Made by a program: the position numbers and the translations under genes
The notes under the pieces: model-generated
Told to the model about the DNA's origin: nothing
Seen by the model: the letters and a program-made list of their open reading frames with translations, nothing else
Databases searched by the model: none
Shown: positions 1 to 6,857 of the stretch, one piece after another
Layout of the letters: each line of letters starts with the position of its first letter
Numbering within the stretch: position 1 is the stretch's first letter
IMG/VR virus record: IMGVR_UViG_3300029586_000007
Span: 1 to 42,644 of that record
Direction: 5' to 3' (one strand)
DNA from: a virus
DNA: 42,644 nucleotides

Positions 1-123
1 GCAATTCCAAATTATCTGTTAATCTTCCTTGTAAAACGATCTTGTTAAGCACTTGTATTCCTCCGTTTGTTGCATTTTTTCAATCCATTATGCAATTTCG
101 CATGTTCTGATCGGGTCAGAACC
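1..123. repeat. Terminal duplication, copy 1 (identical to 42522..42644)
   Basis: A base-by-base comparison shows the first 123 nt equal the last 123 nt. This is a circular-assembly overlap or terminal redundancy. Confidence 0.97.
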
Positions 124-617
124 ACGATATTTTCTGGATTGTTGTTTGTCTTATTGCCGTCAATGTGATGTACAATGTCCGAAGATGTCAGCTTTCTTCC
201 GTATTTCTGTTCAGCTACAAGCCTATGTTCCAGCACAAACCCGTGTTTATCTGCTAAGTGGTTGTCTGGTCGATATACAAGAATATACCCGCTTGAGTGT
301 TTCTTTCTTCCTCCGGACCAGTGATAATTTTTATCTCCAGCCATTGCTTCTCTCAGCTTTTGTTTGGTTTCATCTGACATCTTGCGTCCGTACGTCGGGC
401 ACAAGCTACCGGTTTTCCCAATGTGCGGATGTTTATGATTTTTCCACAGGAATTTTACGCTTTCAATTCGCGTAGGAACTCTCATGCCTGCTTTTTTCAT
501 CTCTCTTGAGAGTTTTTGTCGCTCAATTCCGATTTCGTTCTCAAGCATTCGCAAGCTCGCGCCTTCCGCAATCCGGGTTTCGATGTATTCCCGATATTTT
601 TCTAAATCAACTTTCAT
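45..617 (-). CDS. HNH homing-type endonuclease
   Basis: Motif HHIDGNKTNNNPENIVVLTRSEHAKLH. Start placed at ATG 617 (AAGGAG 7 nt upstream; ATGA overlap with the upstream stop). The ORF track extends to 659. Confidence 0.85.
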   Translation of the reverse strand: MKVDLEKYREYIETRIAEGASLRMLENEIGIERQKLSREMKKAGMRVPTRIESVKFLWKNHKHPHIGKTGSLCPTYGRKMSDETKQKLREAMAGDKNYHWSGGRKKHSSGYILVYRPDNHLADKHGFVLEHRLVAEQKYGRKLTSSDIVHHIDGNKTNNNPENIVVLTRSEHAKLHNGLKKCNKRRNTSA

Positions 618-919
618 CTCCCTGTCTCCTTGGTATACTTCTGGTTTTCCTCGTCCCACAGCGGATAAATGCTTTCGAGGTACTCCCGCATTTCCCGCTT
701 GATTTCCTTGCCGTCACCCTGATCTGCCTCTCTGTGACACTCCGGGCACAGCATCACAAGGTTTGTCGGGATGCCCATGCCGCCGCGTGCTCTGCTGACA
801 TAATGTGCCGCCTGCAACACTCCGCCTTTCCCGCAGTGGCGGCAAATGCCGCCGTCCCGCTCCCAGCATTCGCGCCATACCGCCGGGCTAATGCCGGTAA
901 ACTTGGTCTGCCGTCTCAT
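614..919 (-). CDS. Zn-binding HNH-motif nuclease-like protein (NinG-like pattern)
   Basis: CRHCG..AAHYVSRARGG..N..LCPECH pattern. Start at ATG 919 through an ATGA overlap with the upstream ORF; the track ORF runs to 997. Confidence 0.6.
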   Translation of the reverse strand: MRRQTKFTGISPAVWRECWERDGGICRHCGKGGVLQAAHYVSRARGGMGIPTNLVMLCPECHREADQGDGKEIKREMREYLESIYPLWDEENQKYTKETGR

Positions 920-1083
920 TCTTCCATGTCCTTTCTCGCCGCGCGTTCCAGTCTGCGCTTTGCCGTCCGGCGATTTGCTTTTTTCATCTTTGCCCAACCT
1001 CTGTGGTTATAAGCCCAGCACTCGTATTTGTGCGAAAATTCGCCGGGGTTTCTTGCAAATCTCTTGTAGTTTCTCCACTTCAT
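916..1083 (-). CDS. Small basic protein with Arg-rich C-terminus
   Basis: 55 aa, ATGA-coupled at both ends. C-terminus is KKANRRTAKRRLERAARK. No recognised family. Confidence 0.45.
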   Translation of the reverse strand: MKWRNYKRFARNPGEFSHKYECWAYNHRGWAKMKKANRRTAKRRLERAARKDMEE

Positions 1084-1616
1084 ACCCCGCGCTCCTCCGG
1101 CTTCCATTTACTCAGCCAACCAATCACCGTACTCTCCGGTTCGGTTTCAATACCCTGCTCCTTGCAGTCCTGCACGATCAGATTGATAAGCCGACCCATC
1201 TGTAAGGTGTTGTAAGTGCTCGACCCGTAGAAGCACATCAGATAACCGCCATTGCAATCCTGCGTTACCCATCCGAGGCCTTGCTTGCTCCACAGGTCAG
1301 CGATAAAGTCTCTCTGCTGACCGTTCACATACGGCACAAGTCGATAATTGTCCCCGATTTCGGGGATGTACTGCCGGTACACTTCCTCCCGCTTGATTCC
1401 CAGCTTTGCAGCCAGTTTTCCCATGCAAGCCCACGCATAAGCGTTTGCCCGCCCGGAACGTTTGTCGTACTTCTTCTTCACCTCGGCGGTATAGGTCTTG
1501 CCCTCTTTCATCTGTTCGCACTCCACCCGCGCCATAGGCGCGTTCTTGATATGCAAACACAACCAGTTGCCGAGATCGTTATGCACTACCTGTGCATGAT
1601 CAAACTCATGCGTCAT
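1080..1616 (-). CDS. NinB/Orf-like recombination mediator (putative)
   Basis: RSGRANAYAWACMGKLA and YGSSTYNTLQMGRLINLIVQDCKEQGIE parallel the lambda NinB blocks as recalled from memory. GGAGG RBS. Lies beside the annealase. Confidence 0.6.
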   Translation of the reverse strand: MTHEFDHAQVVHNDLGNWLCLHIKNAPMARVECEQMKEGKTYTAEVKKKYDKRSGRANAYAWACMGKLAAKLGIKREEVYRQYIPEIGDNYRLVPYVNGQQRDFIADLWSKQGLGWVTQDCNGGYLMCFYGSSTYNTLQMGRLINLIVQDCKEQGIETEPESTVIGWLSKWKPEERGV

Positions 1617-2481
1617 GGCTCATAGCCTCCATTGCCTTCTGATGGTCTTTATCGTCCATCTTCTTGTTCAGATCTACCATCAATGCGCCGAAATCATTCA
1701 TTTTCAGTTTCGGAAGATCATCCAGTGGAAAACCGATGGTTTCTTCAAACTGCTTTTTCGTGGTTGCGCCCAGCGCTTTTGCAATCTTCTTAATGGTGGT
1801 TGTTTCCACCTCACCAATCACATCTTCTGGCGGCTTTTGCAGCGCCAGCTCCCGCTCGATTTTTTTAAGCGCAAAATGATATTCGTCATACGTTACCTCA
1901 GACGTAGTACGGCAGCCGGTAAGTCGCATAAGGTGTTCTTGTGCCTTGTCATTGCCGTAGACCTGTTGCAGCCTGTGCGCAAATGCCTGACAATCGCGTT
2001 TAATCAGCTTATCCGTACCTGCCCGCTCGGCTTCTCCAGAATACTTAGTCTGATCTTCTCGCACGCTGTCATCGTTCCAGTACACATCTGCGCCAACGCC
2101 GAGCATCTTTGCGGCAACTGAGATAGCGTCAGTATATGCCATCTTCCAGCATTCGTCTGATACCTGCGGGCCGTTTCTGGTCTGCGAAACAAACTGACTG
2201 CCGCCCGTGCCCGGAATAGCGTCAGACCATTCGCCTTCCACCTTGACAAACAGATTGATATTGCAGAATGCACACACAACGCCGTCATACGTTTCAAGCC
2301 ACTGTTTGACAATCTCGGGTTTCCAGCCAATGCCGCACGGCCCGAATTGCTCCGTCAGCGCCTTAATTCGCCACATGGGGTTAATGTCGGTAAAACCTTT
2401 CAGCTTTCCGGCCTGAATCTCCTTTTTTGCTGTCTGCGGCACTGTGCGCAGCGCATTATACAGCGCCAGATTGTCACTCAT
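1606..2481 (-). CDS. Rad52/Sak-type single-strand annealing protein
   Basis: N-terminal DINPMWRIKALTEQFGPCGIGW...VKVEGEW...GTGGS block is typical of phage Rad52-like SSAPs. ATGA coupling with the upstream ORF. Confidence 0.8.
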   Translation of the reverse strand: MSDNLALYNALRTVPQTAKKEIQAGKLKGFTDINPMWRIKALTEQFGPCGIGWKPEIVKQWLETYDGVVCAFCNINLFVKVEGEWSDAIPGTGGSQFVSQTRNGPQVSDECWKMAYTDAISVAAKMLGVGADVYWNDDSVREDQTKYSGEAERAGTDKLIKRDCQAFAHRLQQVYGNDKAQEHLMRLTGCRTTSEVTYDEYHFALKKIERELALQKPPEDVIGEVETTTIKKIAKALGATTKKQFEETIGFPLDDLPKLKMNDFGALMVDLNKKMDDKDHQKAMEAMSHDA

Positions 2482-2696
2482 TCTTCATCCTCCTGCTCAA
2501 AGTCATAAACCGCCATTCTCAAATCATCGAGAAAGCTCTCGATTTCCTGCGGAAACAAATCCGTGTAATCCTCCAGATACAGGCCAATAGCAGTTTCGGC
2601 CTCGCGCATATCCTGCAACCGGTTAAGTTGCTCCTGATCTGCCCTCTCCGGCGGCTCTAACGCCCGCTCGGGGCAGCCGGTCAGTGTATCACGCAT
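2478..2696 (-). CDS. Hypothetical acidic protein
   Basis: Start at ATG 2696 with GGAGG 9 nt upstream. The track ORF extends to 2732. Confidence 0.6.
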   Translation of the reverse strand: MRDTLTGCPERALEPPERADQEQLNRLQDMREAETAIGLYLEDYTDLFPQEIESFLDDLRMAVYDFEQEDEE

Positions 2697-2946
2697 TGCG
2701 CAGCGCCTCCAATACCTGCTTCTCTGAGGCAAAGGTTACGCGGTTATCCTTGTCCCACTTCTCCCAGTATCCGTTGCTGCGGCGATAGCACTCTTTCGTC
2801 TTCAGCTCATCGCCGTTTACCACCTCAAAAAACCACACTTCTGCAGTGCAAGTCAGCGCCGAAATGTTCATCATCACCGGCGTTTCCGGTTTCTTTTCAA
2901 GAACCAAATCCATCAGCTTGCGAAACAGCTTCTTGTCTTTTGCCAT
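2689..2946 (-). CDS. Hypothetical protein
   Basis: 85-aa ORF with GGAGGAAAACGCA before the ATG. Confidence 0.7.
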   Translation of the reverse strand: MAKDKKLFRKLMDLVLEKKPETPVMMNISALTCTAEVWFFEVVNGDELKTKECYRRSNGYWEKWDKDNRVTFASEKQVLEALRNA

Positions 2947-2974
2947 TGCGTTTTCCTCCGTTCGGTGCTATAAT
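2946..2974 (+). promoter_or_regulatory. Plus-strand sigma70-like promoter (TTGCGT-17-TGcTATAAT)
   Basis: -35 TTGCGT 2946..2951, 17-nt spacer, extended -10 TGcTATAAT 2966..2974. It points against the early operon. Confidence 0.45.
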
Positions 2975-2981
2975 CACCTTG

Positions 2982-3040
2982 TAATGTTTTTGCATGCCGC
3001 TGATTGGGTATCCTACCACCCGTCAGCGGCTTTTCTCATT
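2982..3040 (+). ncRNA. Candidate ~60-nt cis-antisense sRNA
   Basis: The promoter above is followed by hairpin GCCGCTGA(2996..3003)/TCAGCGGC(3023..3030) and then TTTTCTCATT, which is U-rich only on the plus strand. Confidence 0.35.
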
Positions 3041-3311
3041 CCTGCAGGTATTCCAGCTCACCGCTGAGTGGTGCAAAGCACTGCGGGAACGTGTTGCCGT
3101 AGATATCTTTCAGCAGCACAAACCGCCATCCCATGCGATCTACGGTCTTAACCTGCTGTGTCGGCAGCTTTGCCATCTTCTCGCAGCGCTGCTCCAGTTC
3201 GTCCAGTGTGCATACATCCTCTGGTCGAAAGTCCAGTCCGTCCTTCTTGTGTGGTGCAAACCGCATCACCCGTGCCATGTCAATCGCCGAGCCGTTAATT
3301 TTTACTACCAT
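3036..3311 (-). CDS. Hypothetical protein
   Basis: 91-aa ORF with GGAGGACAAGC before the ATG. Confidence 0.7.
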   Translation of the reverse strand: MVVKINGSAIDMARVMRFAPHKKDGLDFRPEDVCTLDELEQRCEKMAKLPTQQVKTVDRMGWRFVLLKDIYGNTFPQCFAPLSGELEYLQE

Positions 3312-3450
3312 GCTTGTCCTCCGTTCTCATGCTGATCGTCTTTGCGCTCTCGCGCATATGCAGGCCGTACTTAGCGGCGTTCATTGCCTTGCCGATAACC
3401 CGGCGCTGCATGTCTTTGACTTTCAGCGTCTTGCGTCTTGCTTCCGTCAT
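3295..3450 (-). CDS. Small hypothetical protein (51 aa)
   Basis: ATG 3450 preceded by GGGGAG. Inner start of track ORF 3295..3513. Confidence 0.35.
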   Translation of the reverse strand: MTEARRKTLKVKDMQRRVIGKAMNAAKYGLHMRESAKTISMRTEDKHGSKN

Positions 3451-3466
3451 ATCCTGTTTTCTCCCC

Positions 3467-3676
3467 TCAGCGGTAACGACCGCGATAGTGTTTCTGCTGC
3501 TCGCATGCCGCAAGCAACAGGCTTGCCCTTGCGCTCACCATGCCGACAGTCAGCAGCGCCAGCATGATAGCGGCTCCGGAAAACAAGTCGATTCTTCCGT
3601 TCTCGGTCATGCCGCCGGAAACCAGCGTGCCGAGAAAGCACATTCCTGCTAACCATCCGTAGCGTTTGTAGGTCAT
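3467..3676 (-). CDS. Small membrane protein
   Basis: Two hydrophobic segments (WLAGMCFLGTLVSGG, AAIMLALLTVGMV). ATG 3676 with AAAGGGGA 9 nt upstream; the track begins at TTG 3685. Confidence 0.6.
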   Translation of the reverse strand: MTYKRYGWLAGMCFLGTLVSGGMTENGRIDLFSGAAIMLALLTVGMVSARASLLLAACEQQKHYRGRYR

Positions 3677-3705
3677 TGGTTTCAATCCCCTTTCGCGGTT
3701 TCTTG

Positions 3706-3830
3706 TAACACTCGAACGTAGTGAGAGTGTTATTCTTTTCTTTCTTTCTTAGAAAGTTAAATTAATATATATTCGACCGTAGGGAGAATATATATATACT
3801 TCTTTTCTTTCTTTGTTACTTTCTTTCTTA
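3706..3830. repeat. Twin hairpins with unrelated stems, conserved 11-nt loops and identical 15-nt pyrimidine tracts
   Basis: A: TAACACTC[GAACGTAGTGA]GAGTGTTA 3706..3732. B: ATATATATTC[GACCGTAGGGA]GAATATATAT 3765..3795. TTCTTTTCTTTCTTT occurs at 3733..3747 and 3800..3814. Confidence 0.8.
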
Positions 3831-3837
3831 CGCCTCG

Positions 3838-3925
3838 GTGTGTTGATGGTTTGTTATCGGTGTGTTATCGGTTTGTTGATTGTGTGTTATCTGTGTGTTG
3901 ATGGTCTGTTGTTGGAGTGTTACGC
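3838..3925. repeat. Eight tandem 11-bp iterons (GTNTGTTRWYG)
   Basis: GTGTGTTGATG GTTTGTTATCG GTGTGTTATCG GTTTGTTGATT GTGTGTTATCT GTGTGTTGATG GTCTGTTGTTG GAGTGTTACGC. The period is exactly 11 bp. Confidence 0.85.
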
Positions 3926-4141
3926 AGACGCTTCCGCCTGCACCAATCGGTTAGCCACATCGGCCACATGATAGCGACCGCCGGTTAAACGCGGAACACC
4001 ATCTAAATAACGCTGTACGGTACGATAACTAACGCCAAACCAGTCTTTTAACTGTTTTGTGGTAATATATTCGCACCCTGCGAACGTGCGCAAACGGCCT
4101 TCAACCGTGCGTCTGCGGTTGCTTAATTCTGTTGCTGTCAT
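3920..4141 (-). CDS. Small HTH DNA-binding protein (excisionase/MerR-like HTH_17 type)
   Basis: ITTKQLKDWFGVSYRTVQRYLDG helix-turn-helix. GGAGGG RBS. Flanked on both sides by the iterons. Confidence 0.8.
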   Translation of the reverse strand: MTATELSNRRRTVEGRLRTFAGCEYITTKQLKDWFGVSYRTVQRYLDGVPRLTGGRYHVADVANRLVQAEASA

Positions 4142-4162
4142 TCGTTCAACCCTCCGCTTTCT

Positions 4163-4207
4163 GTGTGTTATTGGTGTGTTGCTTAGTGTGTTGATGGTGT
4201 GCTATCG
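4163..4207. repeat. Four further 11-bp iterons upstream of the HTH gene
   Basis: GTGTGTTATTG GTGTGTTGCTT (a) GTGTGTTGATG GTGTGCTATCG. Confidence 0.75.
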
Positions 4208-4312
4208 CTCATCATCATTGTTGCCGCCACGCAGCATTGCACACACAATAAGCAGCGCCATTTCTACGCCCAGTGTTGCCAGCACTCCGGCAACGAACGG
4301 GTGAATATACAT
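4202..4312 (-). CDS. 36-aa hydrophobic peptide
   Basis: MYIHPFVAGVLATLGVEMALLIVCAMLRGGNNDDER. GGAGGTG lies 6 nt before the ATG. Below the ORF-track length cutoff. Confidence 0.45.
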   Translation of the reverse strand: MYIHPFVAGVLATLGVEMALLIVCAMLRGGNNDDER

Positions 4313-4327
4313 CGGTTTCACCTCCGC

Positions 4328-4357
4328 TTGTTCGCCCCTTCCCGACCGTGGTATAAT
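4328..4357 (+). promoter_or_regulatory. Plus-strand promoter with extended -10 (TGGTATAAT)
   Basis: TTGTTC 4328..4333, 18-nt spacer, TGGTATAAT 4349..4357, directly upstream of 4380..4610. Confidence 0.6.
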
Positions 4358-4379
4358 AGCCGGGAAAGGAGGTGTTGAT

Positions 4380-4610
4380 ATGATGCACTTAGGTTCAGAG
4401 CTTCGCCGTATCGAGCAAGAAGCCGAATTGGAATTTCGTGAATCCATGTTGAAGCAGCTTGAAGATGAACGCCAGCAACGCGAAAAATCTGACGTAGAAG
4501 AACGCCGATTCGCGCTGAAATGGAATCGCATCAACCTTGCTGTTGCGATTTTCGCCGCGTTAGTCGGAACGGCCGGTCTTGTTCTCTCTCTTGTGTCTAT
4601 CCTCTCGTAA
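4380..4610 (+). CDS. Small C-tail-anchored membrane protein (charged helix plus one TM)
   Basis: AAAGGAGGTG RBS. Glu/Arg-rich N-terminal region, then NLAVAIFAALVGTAGLVLSLVSILS. Opposite in orientation to the surrounding operon. Confidence 0.75.
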   Translation: MMHLGSELRRIEQEAELEFRESMLKQLEDERQQREKSDVEERRFALKWNRINLAVAIFAALVGTAGLVLSLVSILS

Positions 4611-4694
4611 CAATGCGATCCGATAGACGATACTGCAACAACTCCAACCCAGTGCAAAACTGGATAGGCAAAGCGCTATAACTTTCAGCGCCAT
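4560..4694 (-). CDS. 44-aa hydrophobic/charged peptide (uncertain)
   Basis: MALKVIALCLSSFALGWSCCSIVYRIALLREDRHKRENKTGRSD. GGAGGTG lies 8 nt upstream. It overlaps the 3' end of 4380..4610 convergently. Confidence 0.3.
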   Translation of the reverse strand: MALKVIALCLSSFALGWSCCSIVYRIALLREDRHKRENKTGRSD

Positions 4695-4711
4695 GTCCTT
4701 CTCACCTCCGC

Positions 4712-4951
4712 TTATGCGCTCTCGTTGTCATTCTCCACGCCGAATGCCCCGTTGGTAATTTCATCGTCCGTGGCAAACAGGTAAGTGAACGGCTTCTTGA
4801 AATAGCGGCACAGTAGCTTGCATTCTTTCGGCGTAAACCGTCCGCTTTTCATTTTGGATTCATAGGCATTTCTGCTGATACCTAAGATATTACCCATATC
4901 ATCAGATGTCAGACCGTGAAACGCTTTCATGCCCATCAAATTCGGATACAT
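4712..4951 (-). CDS. Cro-like XRE-family HTH regulator
   Basis: LTSDDMGNILGISRNAYESKMKSGR HTH. Divergent from the CI-like gene. GGGAGGTG RBS. Confidence 0.85.
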   Translation of the reverse strand: MYPNLMGMKAFHGLTSDDMGNILGISRNAYESKMKSGRFTPKECKLLCRYFKKPFTYLFATDDEITNGAFGVENDNESA

Positions 4952-4974
4952 ATTTGCACCTCCCTTCTCATTTG

Positions 4975-5076
4975 TTGGCGCTCCGCCAACCTGTGATTAC
5001 AGTTTATCAGCAATGCGCCAACTTGTCAAGGGATTTTTCAAAAAATGTTGACAGAACGCCAACTTAGTGTTATGCT
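4975..5076. promoter_or_regulatory. Lysis-lysogeny switch: back-to-back promoters and repeated operators
   Basis: Minus: TTGACA (rc of 5024..5029)-17-TAAACT (rc of 5001..5006). Plus: TTGACA 5048..5053-17-TATGCT 5071..5076. CGCCAACYT at 4984, 5016 and 5057. Palindrome TTGGCGctcCGCCAA 4975..4989. Confidence 0.7.
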
Positions 5077-5097
5077 GTACTCATAGGAGGTGAGCAC

Positions 5098-5478
5098 ATG
5101 GAATTCTACGAAGAACTGAAAGCTGCTCGCATTAAGGCCGGTTTAACCCAGCAGCAAATAGCCGACGAAATAGGCATTACAAAGAGTACCTATTGTGGAT
5201 ACGAAACTGCAAAGCGAAACCCTGACCCGCAGAGAATCAAACAGCTTGCAAAGGTTCTTCACATCTCTGCCGATACCTTGTTAGATACCGGCATAGAAAA
5301 AGAAAAAGCCCCTGCCCCGGCCAAAGCCGAAACAGGGGAAATCACAAGAGAGATGTCTATTGAGTTGTTAAAGGCTCTCGGATTGCTCGACCAGTCCGGC
5401 AACCTTTCCGACGATGATCTCGCGTTTCTTGCGCACATCGTCGGATTGCTCGAATGGCGTTTCGGCGATCATTCGTAG
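5098..5478 (+). CDS. CI-like XRE-family repressor
   Basis: LTQQQIADEIGITKSTYCGYETAKRNP HTH with a C-terminal extension. AGGAGGTG RBS. Same strand as the integrase. Confidence 0.85.
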   Translation: MEFYEELKAARIKAGLTQQQIADEIGITKSTYCGYETAKRNPDPQRIKQLAKVLHISADTLLDTGIEKEKAPAPAKAETGEITREMSIELLKALGLLDQSGNLSDDDLAFLAHIVGLLEWRFGDHS

Positions 5479-5619
5479 CGCATTGTATATGCGCAGCGGG
5501 TTTGTGCATGAATTGAGCATTGCGGTAAAACGGTCGATGTTGTCCATGATGTTTGGTTCCTGCCTTTCCTGTTGTATACTCCTATGATATTACCTTAAAA
5601 TGGAAATATCAATAAGAAC

Positions 5620-5654
5620 CGTTCGCCTTTATCTGACATATAGTATAGCGAACG
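5620..5654. terminator. Possible bidirectional terminator between convergent genes
   Basis: CGTTCGC 5620..5626 pairs with GCGAACG 5648..5654. T-rich on both sides. The 21-nt loop is long, so this is a weak call. Confidence 0.4.
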
Positions 5655-5712
5655 TTTGTTCGATTTTCAAGAGGACGCGAACAGCCTTGTTGAAAAGTCC
5701 AATAAACAGGAC

Positions 5713-5982
5713 TTATTGCTTCTCTGGAGAGATTCCAGCCTCGCGCAGTTTCTTCGTCAAGAACTGCGCGACGGCTTTCGAAAGGTCACTAAAACCGGCT
5801 GCATCAAAGCCGACAAAGTATCCGTTGTTCTCTGCATTGGTCAAAGCTGTTTCAGCAAGGCGGATAGCCTTGCCTCGCTGGTGCTTAGTAAGCGGCAACG
5901 TGTTGATATAGTGATATAGGGCTTCAACGCTCTTGATCGTCGTTTCATCGCGTTTGACGCAAAGTCCGTTTCCGTATTCCAT
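5713..5982 (-). CDS. Hypothetical protein
   Basis: 89-aa ORF immediately downstream of the antirepressor gene. Confidence 0.7.
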   Translation of the reverse strand: MEYGNGLCVKRDETTIKSVEALYHYINTLPLTKHQRGKAIRLAETALTNAENNGYFVGFDAAGFSDLSKAVAQFLTKKLREAGISPEKQ

Positions 5983-5988
5983 CGGTGA

Positions 5989-6714
5989 TTAGCTCCTTTC
6001 GCCCAGCAGTTTTGAAATGAAATACTGCTGACCCTTGCCGGTTACTTTCGGCGTTTTGTTTACGCTGATATGGCCGTCTGCATGGGTGACGCTGGTTTCC
6101 TTGACCTCAAACAAGCCTAACTCCATGCTTCGCTGTGTCGGCATATTGTAATCGGTGCCCTGACGGCGTACAAGATAGCCGTTCTCACGCATCCACGCAA
6201 ACAGGCGCTTGCCGCCCATGTCAACGCCGTTCTGCTTGATGATCTTTGCAAGATCGAAAATTAGAATAGAAGTCTTGGCCGTGGCTACGCTGTCCGCGAA
6301 AAGAACCTTGGGTGCGTCTTGCTCGATCTTCTCCGAAAGCGTGTGGATTCGCTTGTTGGCAATCTGCAAGGCGCGTGCCATTACCTTTTCCGGGCTGTTC
6401 CAGTCGCGTTCAAGCTGTAAGAAATACTGGCGTGCCTGCTTGCCCTTGTCGTTGCGCTGGAGCATGCAAAGCTCCTTTGCCATATCAATAGTAATAGCAG
6501 CGTCGTCTACAGTACGTCGTACTTCACGGTTTCCCTCGTATTGAAGGCGGTCAAATTTGACCGGGTTGAAATCACGCCCTTGCTCAAAACCGTATTCACA
6601 CATACGAGGAAACCAATGGCGAAAATCTGCGCCGACTTCGAGAAAGTCGTGCATCTCGCGGGCGGATACGGTTGGTTGTTCGTTATCGTAGTTTACAGTA
6701 ATGATTTCGTTCAT
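5989..6714 (-). CDS. Phage antirepressor (AntA/KilAC-type)
   Basis: N-terminal SAREMHDFLEV..DFRHWF and C-terminal LFADSVA...ILI.DLAK....GV.MG..RLF.WMR..GYL blocks are typical of Ant/KilAC antirepressors. Confidence 0.85.
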   Translation of the reverse strand: MNEIITVNYDNEQPTVSAREMHDFLEVGADFRHWFPRMCEYGFEQGRDFNPVKFDRLQYEGNREVRRTVDDAAITIDMAKELCMLQRNDKGKQARQYFLQLERDWNSPEKVMARALQIANKRIHTLSEKIEQDAPKVLFADSVATAKTSILIFDLAKIIKQNGVDMGGKRLFAWMRENGYLVRRQGTDYNMPTQRSMELGLFEVKETSVTHADGHISVNKTPKVTGKGQQYFISKLLGERS

Positions 6715-6828
6715 GTATATACCTCACTTTCCGTAATGGGAAAGGAGTGGCGGGAGCATCCCCCGCCATGCGTTACTCCAATGCTATCCCCGTTTCGGGA
6801 AAAGCTGCTTTGCTGTAGCTACGGGTAT

Positions 6829-6857
6829 AGTTTAACCAGCGTAACACAAAATGTAAA
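6829..6857 (-). promoter_or_regulatory. Candidate antirepressor promoter
   Basis: TTTACA (rc of 6852..6857)-17-TAAACT (rc of 6829..6834). It predicts a structured 5' UTR of about 105 nt. Confidence 0.45.

Noticed and set aside
5368-5547. A 59-aa minus-strand ORF antisense to the 3' end of the CI-like gene.
   Set aside because: It has a weak RBS, overlaps the repressor coding sequence by about 110 nt, and has no distinctive composition. It is probably a shadow ORF.
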